A stretch of 64,000 nt of DNA from Vicugna vicugna. Its lineage: Eukaryota. The notes under the pieces are model-generated. The model made no database searches. It was not told the origin of the DNA and saw only the letters and a program-made list of their open reading frames with translations. Location of the stretch: positions 2,294,001 to 2,358,000 of the forward strand of contig MU061326.1 of NCBI GenBank assembly GCA_013265495.1, written 5' to 3'. Positions 1-12,229 of the stretch are shown here, one piece after another. Each line of letters starts with the position of its first letter. Positions within the stretch are counted from its first letter, which is position 1. A program made the position numbers and the translations under genes.

Positions 1-199
1 GTCTAGGAGAGGAGCTTATCTCTCAGAATCAGTCAGCTTCAACCACAATAGCAAAATGCTTTGGCATTTGGACCAGGAATTCTTTCCACTTGAAAAATAA
101 AGTAGAAACTGAGTGAATGGAGATGACTTCATTTCCTTAGTATTACATACTACTGTAGAGAATAAAATACTTAAGGTACCTTGCAAAGATACATAGGAG

Positions 200-640
200 T
201 AAATATCTTTAAACTCCATAACTAGTTCCTATTATAATTAACTCAGATCCCTATCTCTCTCTAACTGCACTTTATGTGTTATTTACCTGTCCATTAAGTT
301 TTCCATTTCGGTCACTGGAATTTTTACTTTATTTCATTTTTTAAGTCTAGAAAGTCGATTTTTTTCCCCCTAAAACTCCCTGTTCTTTTCTCATGGTGTC
401 ATATTTCTTCTTCATATTTCTTACATGATCTCAAAGATTCCTTCTTCTGTAGTCTCTTATTTATCTCAAATTCTTGGGATTTTAATCTTCCTCTAGGCCG
501 TTTGCGCTCTCCTGCTCGTAGAAGATTGCTTCCTTGTGTAGTTTGTGATACTTTGTCAATGAATTTCTCTTCTGTGAGAGTGTGTGTCTGGTGTAGGATG
601 GAACTGGTGCTTGTTAGAGAACTTCTGTATTTGCTACGTC
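200..640 (-). mobile_element. Ancient L1M fragment (5' / ORF1 region)
   Basis: Reverse complement (tttctagacttaaaaaatgaaataaagtaaaaattcc...cttaatggacaggtaaataac) resembles the L1M ORF1 coiled-coil region; heavily decayed. Confidence 0.5.
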
Positions 641-732
641 AAGGCGTTCCAACCGTAGCACTTACCCGGAATGAGTTTTTACATCAGTTTCTTCTAAATT
701 ACACAGAAAATTAAAATTTTGAACTTTACACA

Positions 733-1160
733 TGTGTTAGTTTCCTCAGGGCTGCCATGACAAATGACTGGAACTGGAGGACTTAAAACAATAGAAATGT
801 AATGTATTCTGTCACGATTCGGGAGGCCAGAAAGTCTAAACTCAAGGTCCAAGCCAGGTTTTGCTCCCTCTGAGCGCTCTAGGGAAGAATCCATCCTTGC
901 GTTTTCTTGGTTTCTCCCAGATGCTGGCATCCTTGGCAGGTCCTTGGCCGGCAGCCGCATCGCCCCAATCTCCGCCTCTGCTGTCACATGCGTGCCCTGT
1001 CGTCTTCATATAAGAACACTAACCATTGGATTTAGCGTCCACCCTAATCCATAATGGTCTCATCTTAACTTAATTATATGTACAAGGACACTATTCAGAG
1101 GTGCCAGGGGCTGGGACATCAACGTATCTTTTAGGTGGGGCACAGTACACCCCTCCAAGA
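733..1160 (-). mobile_element. MLT1 (MaLR) solo LTR
   Basis: Starts tgtgttagtttcctcagggctgccatgacaaa and contains cttaaaacaatagaaat, aagtctaaactcaagg, ctctagggaagaatcc and taagaacactaaccattggatttag, all typical MLT1 motifs in reverse orientation. Confidence 0.8.
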
Positions 1161-3034
1161 GCATTCATGTAGGCAGCATCATGCTTGGCAAAGATAAGGC
1201 GGCATGTTGTATCTTTGGGCCACTGGGCAGGGTTTATCTGCTGTCCATCACGGTTGCTTCATTTCACAGTGTGTTTCAGTTACTTTCAGCTAAATTCCAA
1301 TTTATTAACCCTTTGCTCCGGGATGGGTAAAAGATATGTGAACCTCACCAAAATTCATGCTATTATTCTGATGCCTTCATTGGAACATCAGTGAAATCAC
1401 AGAGATTTCATCCTTGTAGGAATGTCCTTGAAGAAGACCTATTTCCATCCGGAAATGCTTCTTACAAACTGACAGTCAACAGTGACTCCATTTTAGTTAA
1501 TTTGTCAGAAGTAGCTAAGGCCTTACTTAAATCAACTCAGTTTGCAGTATCACTGAAGCTGTAAAATGCATAGACTGAGCCATAATAAAACCCGCAACTT
1601 TGCACAGCACACCAGTTACCAAAGGAGCCGTTCCTTTTGGCAACATCCTTAGAACGTGTTGAGAAAAATATTGAGATTTAAAGATTGCATGCAAGAAAAA
1701 TAAAACAATTTTAAGGGAATTTAAATCTATGTTTTTTCAGCCTTGGCCATGTCTAGAAATTGTGTAACTTAAGAACTTGTCCAAAATGAAGAAAATGAAA
1801 GATGACTTTGGTTAATTACACATATCTAGAATATATTATGTATCAGTTAAAGAAAAAAGATTTTTTAAAGTTTGTGTTAACCAATAAGTTGACGAATATG
1901 TCAATAAACTGTAAAAATGTAAATATATTACAAACACTAAATATTTCAGAAAAGTCTTTGAATTTCTGAAGGCCAAAGCCATATATATTTTTTTAAATAA
2001 CCACTTTGGGGATCAGCGTGTTTACTGAGTGAGGGCAGGAACTGGCCAGCCAGCTGCTGGATGTCACCAGCATCAGCTTTGCCCAGAAATCACCTTCGAG
2101 CATTTTCAGCTCAGATACCCACCAGCCCAGGAAAAGTATTGCCAAATGACACTGTTTCTATAAGAGATAAAAGAAGCAGAATTGTTAGCAAATCCATTAT
2201 TTCAAGCTTAACACTTAGCTGGTGGGAAAGACAGCAACTGAACAGCAGTTGAATGCTTAGGAAATTCTGGAAAAGGCATATGGTGTTGTGTCAAATGCTA
2301 AAGAACTGAAGATTCCATTCTTACAGATAAAGCCGAATGCCAAAAAAAGCAGCCTCTTTATACTGAAGTCGGTTGCATGTCAAATGTTAGGAAATGATGG
2401 AGATGGGACTGGACAAGATGAAGTCTTCTGTGTGCAAAAGTTCAAGGACGGCTCTTTTCAGGGATCCCTTCTAATATCATGAAACCCAAGGGAACAAACT
2501 GTGAAGGACTTCTATTCCAAGCAGTTTGTAGGAATGCAACGGGAAGCTGCAAGACCAGAAAACTGCCCTGAATGTAGAAAAGCAATGGCTAAACCACCCC
2601 ACCATGTAAATCCCTGCAATCACCGTGTAACCATTTAAGATTTGGGGGAGAGACGGTCCTAGAGAAAAAAGTGCGGAGGAAACGTACTAACTATTGACCA
2701 ATTAACTGGCCCAGCGCTGAACACCGGTTATCAAAATTAAGACTTAACCTAAGAGCAAAAGTTAAAAGCTCAGACTATAGAATCAGACTTTCAAACCTCA
2801 GCTTCTCCTAGTGAGGTTTTTGGTGGTGTGTGTGTATGATAAATCAGCTACTCATCAATAGCCAACATTTATTTATCATTTACCACAGACCAGCCCTGTT
2901 CCTGGGTTTATTGTATTAAACTATCATAACAGGCAACTAGTAAGTGAGCAGATCCAACTGGTAAGTGACTTTTCAAGAAGTCTGGCTCCAGACCCCATAG
3001 CTTTACCTCTTTGCAACATAGCCCTCATGTCAAA

Positions 3035-3215
3035 GCTAAGAAGCTGGAAGTCCTGTGTGACCTTGGGCAAGTCACCGAACCTCTCTGTGCCTTATTTTAA
3101 AAGAGAGATGGATCGTCATAGAACCTATTTCATTAAATTGCTTTGAAGTTCAAATAAAATCATGCTTACATACTCGGAGCCCAACATCTGACACCTAGTA
3201 ACCCAGAAAAAGAAT
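3035..3215 (+). mobile_element. MIR SINE
   Basis: MIR core ctgtgtgaccttgggcaagtcaccgaacctctctgtgcctt. Confidence 0.65.
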
Positions 3216-3460
3216 TATTATGCTCTTCTGGATAACTCTTATCTCAGCCCTACCAGAATCATATGCAGCCCAGATTTCCTGAGGACTTTGCAGTTTATAA
3301 TTACTAATGGGGTCCCATTAACCATAATGATGAAATCTCACAGAATTGTGATGCCACCTCCTCTGCGCCTCATCCAGACCCCTGCCCAGTTTCTTCTCTC
3401 CTCCTCCTAGATTCTTAGTTGCCTCTCGGGGGCTTGGGGGCGCATCTTTGACGTACTCAC

Positions 3461-3630
3461 CAACATCCCTCTGATGTTTTCCACCCGGTCCCACAGGCAA
3501 TCAGAGGCCATGCCCAGTGCCTGCAAGGCCACTTGAAGGTGGCCCCTGGCCCTGCTGCTGCTGTCCCCGGAAGCTCTGTGGTTGAGAATGTGGTCCTTGG
3601 TGTTGGCTCCCAGGCTGGCAAAGCTACAGG
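3461..3630 (-). other. Candidate spliced exon (gene or lncRNA unidentified)
   Basis: Minus strand has a pyrimidine tract ttctttctgtctcttggcctttactag| and a strong donor TTG|GTGAGT at 3461/3460. Two reading frames are open across it; no protein recognised. Confidence 0.3.
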
Positions 3631-3726
3631 CTAGTAAAGGCCAAGAGACAGAAAGAATTTGTGTTGCTCTCGCTCCGAGCTTCACTGTGTCACTTTGGCT
3701 CTTAACTGCTCACATCCAGCCTTCGG

Positions 3727-3823
3727 TATAAAAATCTCCCTCAGCCTGCCTGCATCCTCTCTCCGTCGGGCTGACGCCGCCAAGTCCACGTCGCCAGCCT
3801 GGGGAACGGACGCCATCTGCTAG
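3727..3823. promoter_or_regulatory. Small CpG-containing patch with TATA-like box and CTCF-like motif
   Basis: TATAAAAA at 3727-3734 (+). The reverse complement of 3810-3823, CTAGCAGATGGCGT, differs from the CTCF core CCASYAGRKGGCRS at position 2 and at the loosely constrained last position. Confidence 0.3.
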
Positions 3824-4792
3824 GCTGAGACCTTGGCTGAACAAGTGTGGGAATTGCCAAAGCCGGCTCCAAACCAGTCAGCCTAAAAGAGGGTCACCAA
3901 ACCACCCAGTGGATGATTTTCCAGGTTTTAGCACTAAGAGTCCCATTTCATAACAATTCCCCACTGTCCTTGCCCAGGATGCTTGGTTGCCTTTGTTTAA
4001 AAACGCCCGGAACTTCTGGGGCAGCATCACTGAAATGGTCCACCGGCGTGGAGGATGGTGGATGCGAGAGCATCCCGCGTGCTGAATCCAAGATCACAGA
4101 TGACATTAACGCCGCTCCCCGGGACATGTGCCCTGGTTTACTCCCTACCAAAATGTTTGTTGTGATGCAGACATGTGCTTTGTCTCAAGTCGCTGCGTTC
4201 GGGAAGTAAGACTACTCCATCTGGCCCAGACGAGTTAAGATTATTTGCGATGTCCTTTCTCAGACCTCCCCCCTGCTCTCACACACACCACCCATTCCTG
4301 TCTCTATTTTCTGAGAGTTTCCAATTCTCAACTTCCTTTAACATTGCCCAGAGAGCCCGCCTTCTGTGTGTGTGGCCTGACAGTGTCCCACACTGCTGTT
4401 AATTGGGGGCCTGTGGTTTATTCTGTCTGTATCATTTCAGCAGTGTTTCTTTTTTTGGCAAGGAAACCTTTTTACATCCCACACTTCCGATTACATGAGA
4501 CTCAGACTGGATACATAGAGTCTTCCTGCTCCCTTTTTTTTTTTTTTCTTTCTTCCCTTCTTTCTTTTTTAAGTTTCATGGGAAATCATTATTGCTATGA
4601 AAAGAAGTAAAAATATACCTTGGTTAGTTAGCTCCAATGGTAGCTGTTGAAAAAAAAGCTCTTCGATCACCTAATAGATTTGAAAGATTGACTTAATTTG
4701 TTTGTAATTTTCTAGCCAGGTTGTCACCTTCCATCAAAGGGTATCCTCTACCCAGTCGGAGATGGAACTAACCACCCATCAATCCAAGTTTG

Positions 4793-5467
4793 CTACTTCC
4801 TGAGCCCCTTGGCCTCATCCCCCCTCTGCTCCCTATTAGCGGGAAGTCGGGGTTCTCCCTGCCACAGTGGGGGTGGCCTGGGGCTTCCACCCAGCGTTGT
4901 GCACAGTGGAGGGGACCCAACCCGCTGAGCCTGGGCCCGCTGACTGTGAACTCTCCCCATCCTCTGAGGCTCAGGCGGTGCTGTTTGGACAAAAGGAGGC
5001 TCTAGGAACCTGGCAATGTGCATCTGCCAACTTGCAAACTCCAGATCCTCTGACGGGAGGTGCAGGGGCTGGGCGGGGCCACTGGAGGGCGAAGTACCAA
5101 CAGACAGAAGGAGGTCCTGTGATGCAGGACTTGACCCTGATGGGAGAGCAGAACTCTTATCTCAGCAGTCCCTTGGTGGTAAAGAATCAAGCCTTAACAA
5201 TGTGGGCAACCATGGCACGTCTCCACTCTCCTCACATGAGCCCCAAGACATGAGGGAGCTTTTAACCTCCATCCACAGTCATTTTGGAAGGACCACTGGT
5301 GTGTAACTGGGAAAGCTGCCCTCTCCAGAGCCCTGTGCTGAGAAGGGTGGCTCTCTCATCTCAAGAAATCCAGTGTGATCTCCCCACTCCCCCAGGTTGT
5401 GACTAGAAGGGGGGCCACCACCAGGGTGTTTTACCGTGCCCCACGCCCCTAAAGGAAAGCTCTCCAT
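4793..5467 (-). pseudogene. Possible decayed coding exon (unidentified, Ser/Pro/Gly-rich)
   Basis: One minus-strand frame runs 225 codons from ATG 5467 to TAG 4793 with only two internal stops, both TGA (5279-5281 and 5162-5164). GC-rich and not matched to a repeat I recognise. Confidence 0.2.
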
Positions 5468-6539
5468 TCCAATGAAGGAGGAGCCAGGGGACCAGGGTTT
5501 GGTCCCCCAGGAACCCCAGAATTCTCTGATGGGAACAGACTCTGTTCTTCATCTCGCAGGAGTTGCTGTTCAAGATCAGCTTCTAACCACTCCCTCGTAA
5601 CCAGGCTGCAGCCCTGATTCCTGTTTAACTCTAATTCTGAGGTTGTCACTCATCCCAGCTGAATTCCTGTCCCCACCTTCCCTGCCACCTTGTCACAACG
5701 CTTCTCACTATAGAAGCACAGAACTACCCCTGGCTTCTAACTCAATTCATCACATTTTTGTCTCCTAAGGCATTTTTCAAGTTTAAAGTCCTCTTTTGGC
5801 TGGTATTTCTTAATTCTCACTTATCAATAACATTTCCATTCTAATAAGTATTACTATAGCTTATCATCACAGTAGGATTTCTAGAATCACTGGTCTAAGT
5901 ATTTGCCGAATGTTTGCTTGTTCCGCTAAACTTTAATCGTCATGTGAGTGGGAGGAAAATATGTTTGCTCCATTGCTATATCCTTAGTTCCTGGCACAGT
6001 TTTTTAGAGCATAGTTTTTGTCCAATAAATATTTGTTGGATGAATTAAAAGATAAACAAATGATATTATAAGTTCCCTACAAAAGAAATGATTTTTTAAT
6101 GGAAACCACATCACACCATTTAAAGACAGCCTACTGATGGATGCAAGAGAACGTTTTCTTTTCTGGAGAGCTGCAGATGTTGAGACAAATAACGTGAAGC
6201 GGCCAACATGTGGTTATTGGACCCAGTGAGGGGTCAGGCAGGAACTTGCCCGGCACAGTTTCTGTTACAGTGTATATAAAACAGAGACCAATCAGAATTG
6301 GGATCTTTAATTAGGCCTTTGGTTTTATTTCTTTATACTTCATTTCCTTTTTAAGGAAAGTGAAAAGTAATAATGTCAACTGTTCTTTTAAGTGGAAACA
6401 TTTAAAGGAAACATTTCCTTTGGAAAGGAAAAGGGAAATGAGGAACAAATTTGTAGAGGAAGTGTTGATGGATTTCCAAATCAGGGGGGTTGGAAATTAC
6501 TTTGCTTTTGCACCTCTGGTCTCTTTGCTGTTCCTCCAA

Positions 6540-6805
6540 CAGTGCCAAGCATAATCTTGCCACAGGACCTTTGCACGTGCTATTTCTGTGACCTGGGAAG
6601 TATTTACCGAAATTTCTATCTGACTTTCTTATTTTTCTCAGGCTCTTCATCGTGTGGACCTTACTTAACTCTCCTATTTAAAAAAAAAAAAACAGAAGAT
6701 TCCCCCATGCCCTTCTCCCACCAGACTCTCTACCCCATTACTGTTCTTTACATTTCTCTGTGACAGTTATGACCAAATGACACGTTAGTTTATTTACTTA
6801 CCTAC

Positions 6806-6855
<50 letters not shown>

Positions 6856-6990
6856 TTAACCTGTCTCCAGCTAGAATATGTACAAGTTACATAAGGGCAA
6901 GGACTTTGTCTGTTTTACTACTAAATTCTCACTTCCTAGAACAGTGCTTGATACGTATAAATACTTAGTACAACAGGGCATCGCTCAATA
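6540..6990 (+). mobile_element. L2 LINE 3' end with embedded (TTTA)n
   Basis: gccacaggacctttgcacgtgct...agctagaatatg...agggcaaggactttgtctgttt...cctagaacagtgcttg match the L2 3' consensus. Confidence 0.7.
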
Positions 6991-8111
6991 AATATCCCAG
7001 AAATTAATACTTGAATGAAGTTGAAGCAACACGGGTTTNNNNNNNNNNNNNNNNNNNNNNNNNNNNNNNNNNNNNNNNNNNNNNNNNNNNNNNNNNNNNN
7101 NNNNNNNNNNNNNNNNNNNNNNNNNNNNNNNNNNNNNNNNNNNNNNNNNNNNNNNNNNNNNNNNNNNNNNNNNNNNNNNNNNNNNNNNNNNNNNNNNNNN
7201 NNNNNNNNNNNNNNNNNNNNNNNNNNNNNNNNNNNNNNNNNNNNNNNNNNNNNNNNNNNNNNNNNNNNNNNNNNNNNNNNNNNNNNNNNNNNNNNNNNNN
7301 NNNNNNNNNNNNNNNNNNNNNNNNNNNNNNNNNNNNNNNNNNNNNNNNNNNNNNNNNNNNNNNNNNNNNNNNNNNNNNNNNNNNNNNNNNNNNNNNNNNN
7401 NNNNNNNNNNNNNNNNNNNNNNNNNNNNNNNNNNNNNNNNNNNNNNNNNNNNNNNNNNNNNNNNNNNNNNNNNNNNNNNNNNNNNNNNNNNNNNNNNNNN
7501 NNNNNNNNNNNNNNNNNNNNNNNNNNNNNNNNNNNNNNNNNNNNNNNNNNNNNNNNNNNNNNNNNNNNNNNNNNNNNNNNNNNNNNNNNNNNNNNNNNNN
7601 NNNNNNNNNNNNNNNNNNNNNNNNNNNNNNNNNNNNNNNNNNNNNNNNNNNNNNNNNNNNNNNNNNNNNNNNNNNNNNNNNNNNNNNNNNNNNNNNNNNN
7701 NNNNNNNNNNNNNNNNNNNNNNNNNNNNNNNNNNNNNNNNNNNNNNNNNNNNNNNNNNNNNNNNNNNNNNNNNNNNNNNNNNNNNNNNNNNNNNNNNNNN
7801 NNNNNNNNNNNNNNNNNNNNNNNNNNNNNNNNNNNNNNNNNNNNNNNNNNNNNNNNNNNNNNNNNNNNNNNNNNNNNNNNNNNNNNNNNNNNNNNNNNNN
7901 NNNNNNNNNNNNNNNNNNNNNNNNNNNNNNNNNNNNNNNNNNNNNNNNNNNNNNNNNNNNNNNNNNNNNNNNNNNNNTCCTATTTAAAAAAAAAAAAACA
8001 GAAGATTCCCCCATGCCCTTCTCCCACCAGACTCTCTACCCCATTACTGTTCTTTACATTTCTCTGTGACAGTTATGACCAAATGACACGTTAGTTTATT
8101 TACTTACCTAC

Positions 8112-8158
<47 letters not shown>

Positions 8159-8345
8159 TTTTTTAACCTGTCTCCAGCTAGAATATGTACAAGTTACATA
8201 AGGGCAAGGACTTTGTCTGTTTTACTACTAAATTCTCACTTCCTAGAACAGTGCTTGATACGTATAAATACTTCGTACAACAGGGCATCGCTCAATAAAT
8301 ATCCCAGAAATTAATACTTGAATGAAGTTGAAGCAACACGGGTTT
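6672..8345. repeat. About 367-bp direct duplication flanking a 939-N scaffold gap (likely assembly artefact)
   Basis: 6672-7038 is repeated at 7978-8345 across N 7039-7977. The copies differ by one substitution (cttagtac vs cttcgtac) and in the T-rich repeat tract. Confidence 0.9.
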
Positions 8346-8924
8346 AATACACAAACTATTAGTTTAGTCCAAATGCTGATGGAGGTCTTCCAGTGCTGCT
8401 TGGAATTGGCTGGGAGCAGCTTAGGGGAACTGACTGTCTGTATTTCTTTCCAACTCTGCATTCATTGACACCAGGTTGGTAACTTGAAATTGGCCATGGT
8501 GGGAGTATTTACACCACGGCGATCAACAAATGCTAGACATCAGGGCTTTTCTGTTTCTTTTTTTCCCCAAGACTCACGTCTTAAATATCTTCTAGCATAC
8601 CATTGGTGTTACCCCTACATTTGCCTGGAAAATGATCATGTATGTATATATAAACATTTACATTAAGTATTCTGAAGTTTTGTGCTCAAATGGAATACTT
8701 ATTAGACAGTTTAACAGGTCAGTCCACCTCAGGAGAGGAGGAATTTTACAAGGCTTCAGGCTGGAAGACAAGCTTGATAAAATGGATGACAAGCAGAAAA
8801 TCAGGATCTAAGGAAAACTGAATTTAAATAACTTTGAATGGTAGTGAAAAGGATTCAATGCGTAGAAAAATCATTGGCCACAAGTTATGAAAAACTGCAT
8901 TATGTAAGAAATTAAGAGCCTAGT

Positions 8925-9130
8925 GTTTGCAGCCACTAACTACTGTATATGCAAAATAGATAAACAAGGTCCTACTGCTTAACACAGAGAACTATATTCA
9001 ATATCTTGTAATAACCTATAATGATAAAGAATATAAAAAAGAATATATACGTATAAATGAATCGCTTTGCTGTACACCAGAAACTAACACAGCATTGTAA
9101 ATCAACTATACTTCAATTCAGAAAAAAATA
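8925..9130 (+). mobile_element. Cetartiodactyl-type L1 3' UTR fragment
   Basis: aaaatagataaacaaggtcctactg...gaactatattcaatatcttgtaataacctataatg...tttgctgtacaccagaaactaacacagcattgtaaatcaactatacttcaa plus A-tail. Confidence 0.85.
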
Positions 9131-9529
9131 TTTTATGTAAACAATTTTTTAATTGTAGTTAATTTACAACGTTGTGTGAGTTTTGCGGTGTACAACAAAA
9201 TGATTCAATTATTAAACAATTAAAAATGATGTCTAAGGACCCACGGGTGACACTGCAGGTGTCTGAGGCTGAGCAGCTCCGTTTATGCCGGCAGCCTCTG
9301 CCCAGGGCCTAGATGGAGGGTGTCTTCTGAATAATAAAACAGATTGGGAGACTTAAATACTGATCAGATTTGCTCTTTTCACTTGCAAGCTAGAACTGTC
9401 AGTGCGCCTCCCGATGTGACAGTAAAACACCCCCTCCTTGGAGCTAGAATCACAAGAAAGCCTCTTGCAGTCTCTCCATCAAATTTTTATCTTCTTCCTC
9501 TACCCCCTGATGTCAGGTACCTTTGTATT

Positions 9530-9730
9530 GTCACCATCCGGCTGCCACTGCTGTCCGAATGTGCTGGACGCACTTACGGATTGCGGCCGTGCCCCTTAGC
9601 GCCGCGACCCTGTCCGTCCCTCTAGAGGGAACCCGTGCAGGGCGCAGGCGTCGTGGCCGCCGTTCGGAAGGCGCCTCCCGTGCTGCCTGGCGTGCAAATT
9701 TCTCTCCGACCGACAAACGCCTTCTCGTCC
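9530..9730. promoter_or_regulatory. CpG-dense patch (mini CpG island)
   Basis: About 24 CpGs counted by eye in about 200 bp within AT-rich flanks. Confidence 0.5.
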
Positions 9731-10424
9731 TCCAAGTTCCAGCTCCAGTGTGTCCTCTCCTTGGAATTCTTGCCCAACTCTCAGTACTTTGGGGATCAAA
9801 GAGAAGTAAGGTTTAACCAGTCTCAAAACATTTACAGTATACGTATAAATACCAAAAAAGAAAAGAGAAATGGGTGATGGAGAGACATGTGTTCATAGGA
9901 TACGGTGTCCTCGAAGCACGTCAGACTATTGCCTTGTGAGCCATGTTTTCACCTCTTTGCTCTGTGCCTGTTTTTGCTTTTGCTTTTGTTTTTGTTTTTT
10001 AAGTGAAATCAATCCACAGACATAGCTGATTATGAAATTTCCAACAATCCAGAAATATATTGAATTCAAGCTGTTTTCCTTTGCCTCTCCTAATTCAACG
10101 CCACTTCCCACAGGTGATCTCTCTAAGAGGTTTGACGCATCTTTCCTGTTAGTGATCGTGTGGGGATTTGTGTGTGTGTAAGATTTCGTAAACACATCCT
10201 TATGTTTATTGTTTGTTATATGATAGAATCATAATATATAAATGTATTGGTCTGTGAACTATTTTTTGCTTTTTACTTCACAGGGTATCTGGGCAAATTT
10301 TTGTCAGTACATAGTGCAAAGTGTTAAATATTCTGTCATTCTTTATTTTAGGAGACTCTTGTTTATGGATCTCTAAGTCATTTCTTATATTCAGCCACTT
10401 CATTAAAAGTTGCAAAAGAATCTG

Positions 10425-10535
10425 GAAAAAAAAGTATGTAGATGTATAACTTAATCGCTTTGTTGTACACTTGAAACTAACATGGGAAATCGACTACACT
10501 TCAATAAAAAATAAGAATTAAAAAATTTTTAAAAG
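10425..10535 (+). mobile_element. Cetartiodactyl-type L1 extreme 3' end
   Basis: gtataacttaatcgctttgttgtacacttgaaactaaca...gactacacttcaataaaaaa. Confidence 0.75.
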
Positions 10536-10559
10536 ACATACTTCAACCCCTATCTTGGG

Positions 10560-10770
10560 GGTACACGTTCAAAGTTTCTACAGGAGAGGTTTTTGAAAGT
10601 GGAATTTTGGGTCAAAACATAAGCTCATTTCAGATTCTGGAAAGTATTGTCAAACTGCTATCTAAATAGGGTTCTCCAGATTGCCTTCCCACCGTCAGTG
10701 TATGGGAAAGAGAAGCCAGCCCCCCTCACCCTTGCTAACAAACAATGGATATTATGAGCTTTTCAAAAGA
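10560..10770 (-). mobile_element. Ancient L1ME-like fragment
   Basis: gaaagtggaattttgggtcaaa...tattgtcaaactgct...ttcccaccgtcagtgtatg...cctcacccttgctaac resembles antisense L1M. Confidence 0.55.
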
Positions 10771-12229
10771 GTGAGGGTTTAAGAGCATGCAACTCAATTG
10801 CTCTGTTTGAAGCTAAAAGTCAGATCCTTTAGTTCAGGTTATGTGTGTGTGCGTGTGTGTGTGTGTATTTGTAAAGACTTCTGATGCATAATCTGTGCAA
10901 CTACAGTTGTTTTCCTTTGGGCATTTGGTGGTATCTCCTGCTCTTTAGCTAGACAGAGACCCTTGGGACCCATCTGGCCAAGGTCATCATGGGGGGTTCT
11001 GTTGAGTCTATGCACTAGTGACGCAGGCCACGCCTGGGGGACCTTCCCTCCCAGTGAGCAGATGTCCGGGGTGCGTGGCCCCAGGATCAGCAGAGGTCAT
11101 TGTAGAGAGCAGAGCGCCTGGATGGGTCAAAGTGGGGCTGGTGTTGGCAGCCCTGCTCTCCCGCCACCCTGGCTGTTTAGTCTGGGAGAACGCGGAGGTC
11201 AGGCGCTGGCACAGGCACGGGGCCCTTGGGGTTCCTCCGGGCTAACGCACTTATCAGGACCGGGGCTGATGAAGTGGAAGAAGAAAGGGTGACGCGGGGC
11301 CTTCTGCCTTTCACCTTGGAGGAGGAGGGGTGAGGGTCAGGGGTCAGCCTGGATGCTCTCCAAGTGCCTTCTCAGGAGGATCGAGGGACTTTCTTATCTG
11401 GGAACAGAGATCTTTTGTTAACATACAGGCACAGAGAATGTCAGTTTCTCTTCACTGTGGCTGCCGGGGCAGGGCCAGCCCCGCACGTGGATGCTCAGGT
11501 GGTACGTCTCGGGACAGACATGGAGATGATGACGTGTTGGTAGAGATGTGAGCAAACGCCTACACGACCCGGGCAGCACTGTGTGCTGAGATGTGCGGGG
11601 GGGGGGTCCCCTGAGGGAGGCCCTGGACACCCTGCAAGGACAGAACGCCATAACTAGTATTCAGCTCCCAGACATAGTTGAAAGTCTGTTGGTTTTTGTT
11701 TTTGTTTTTGTTTTTTTTAAATATTTTCAAAGGTGATTTTGCTCATATAATAAAAAGGCCATCTTACAGTGACACCCCTCACTTTATATCTTTCTCTATC
11801 AACAGGGGTGTTCATGCGAGAGAGGAGATTATAAAGTAAGGCTTCCTTTTTCTTCAAAGATGGTTTAAAAAATTCAATTAGCTGTCTCATTTTTCTGGGG
11901 GAAAAAATATGTGTTAGTACATGGGCTCTGTCCTTGATTAAGGAAGTCAGGGGTTTGTAAGAAGGTTTTTGTTTAAGAACTCAGTATCCCTTGATATCTA
12001 TTCTCGTTGTTTAAACAAAAACCATTATCACTTTTTATAAAAGTAGATGGAGTTTCACAACTATGCAAGAGGGGGGCCCTCTCCCTACAGCTGTGCTGTT
12101 ATCAACTTGACGGTGATGCTATGTCTGTTACAGGCCGACACACCAGTCTTAAACGGACTGAAAATTGGCAGGCATCTCCTGAAAATAACATACATTATGC
12201 ATTTTTAATATGTATACATATTATTTTTT

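Noticed and set aside
7004-8094. Long ORFs of 336-359 aa, and other X-filled ORFs at 26.5-27.3, 33.9-34.5, 41.9-43.3 and 45.7-46.3 kb
   Set aside because: They are open only because N-runs contain no stop codons.
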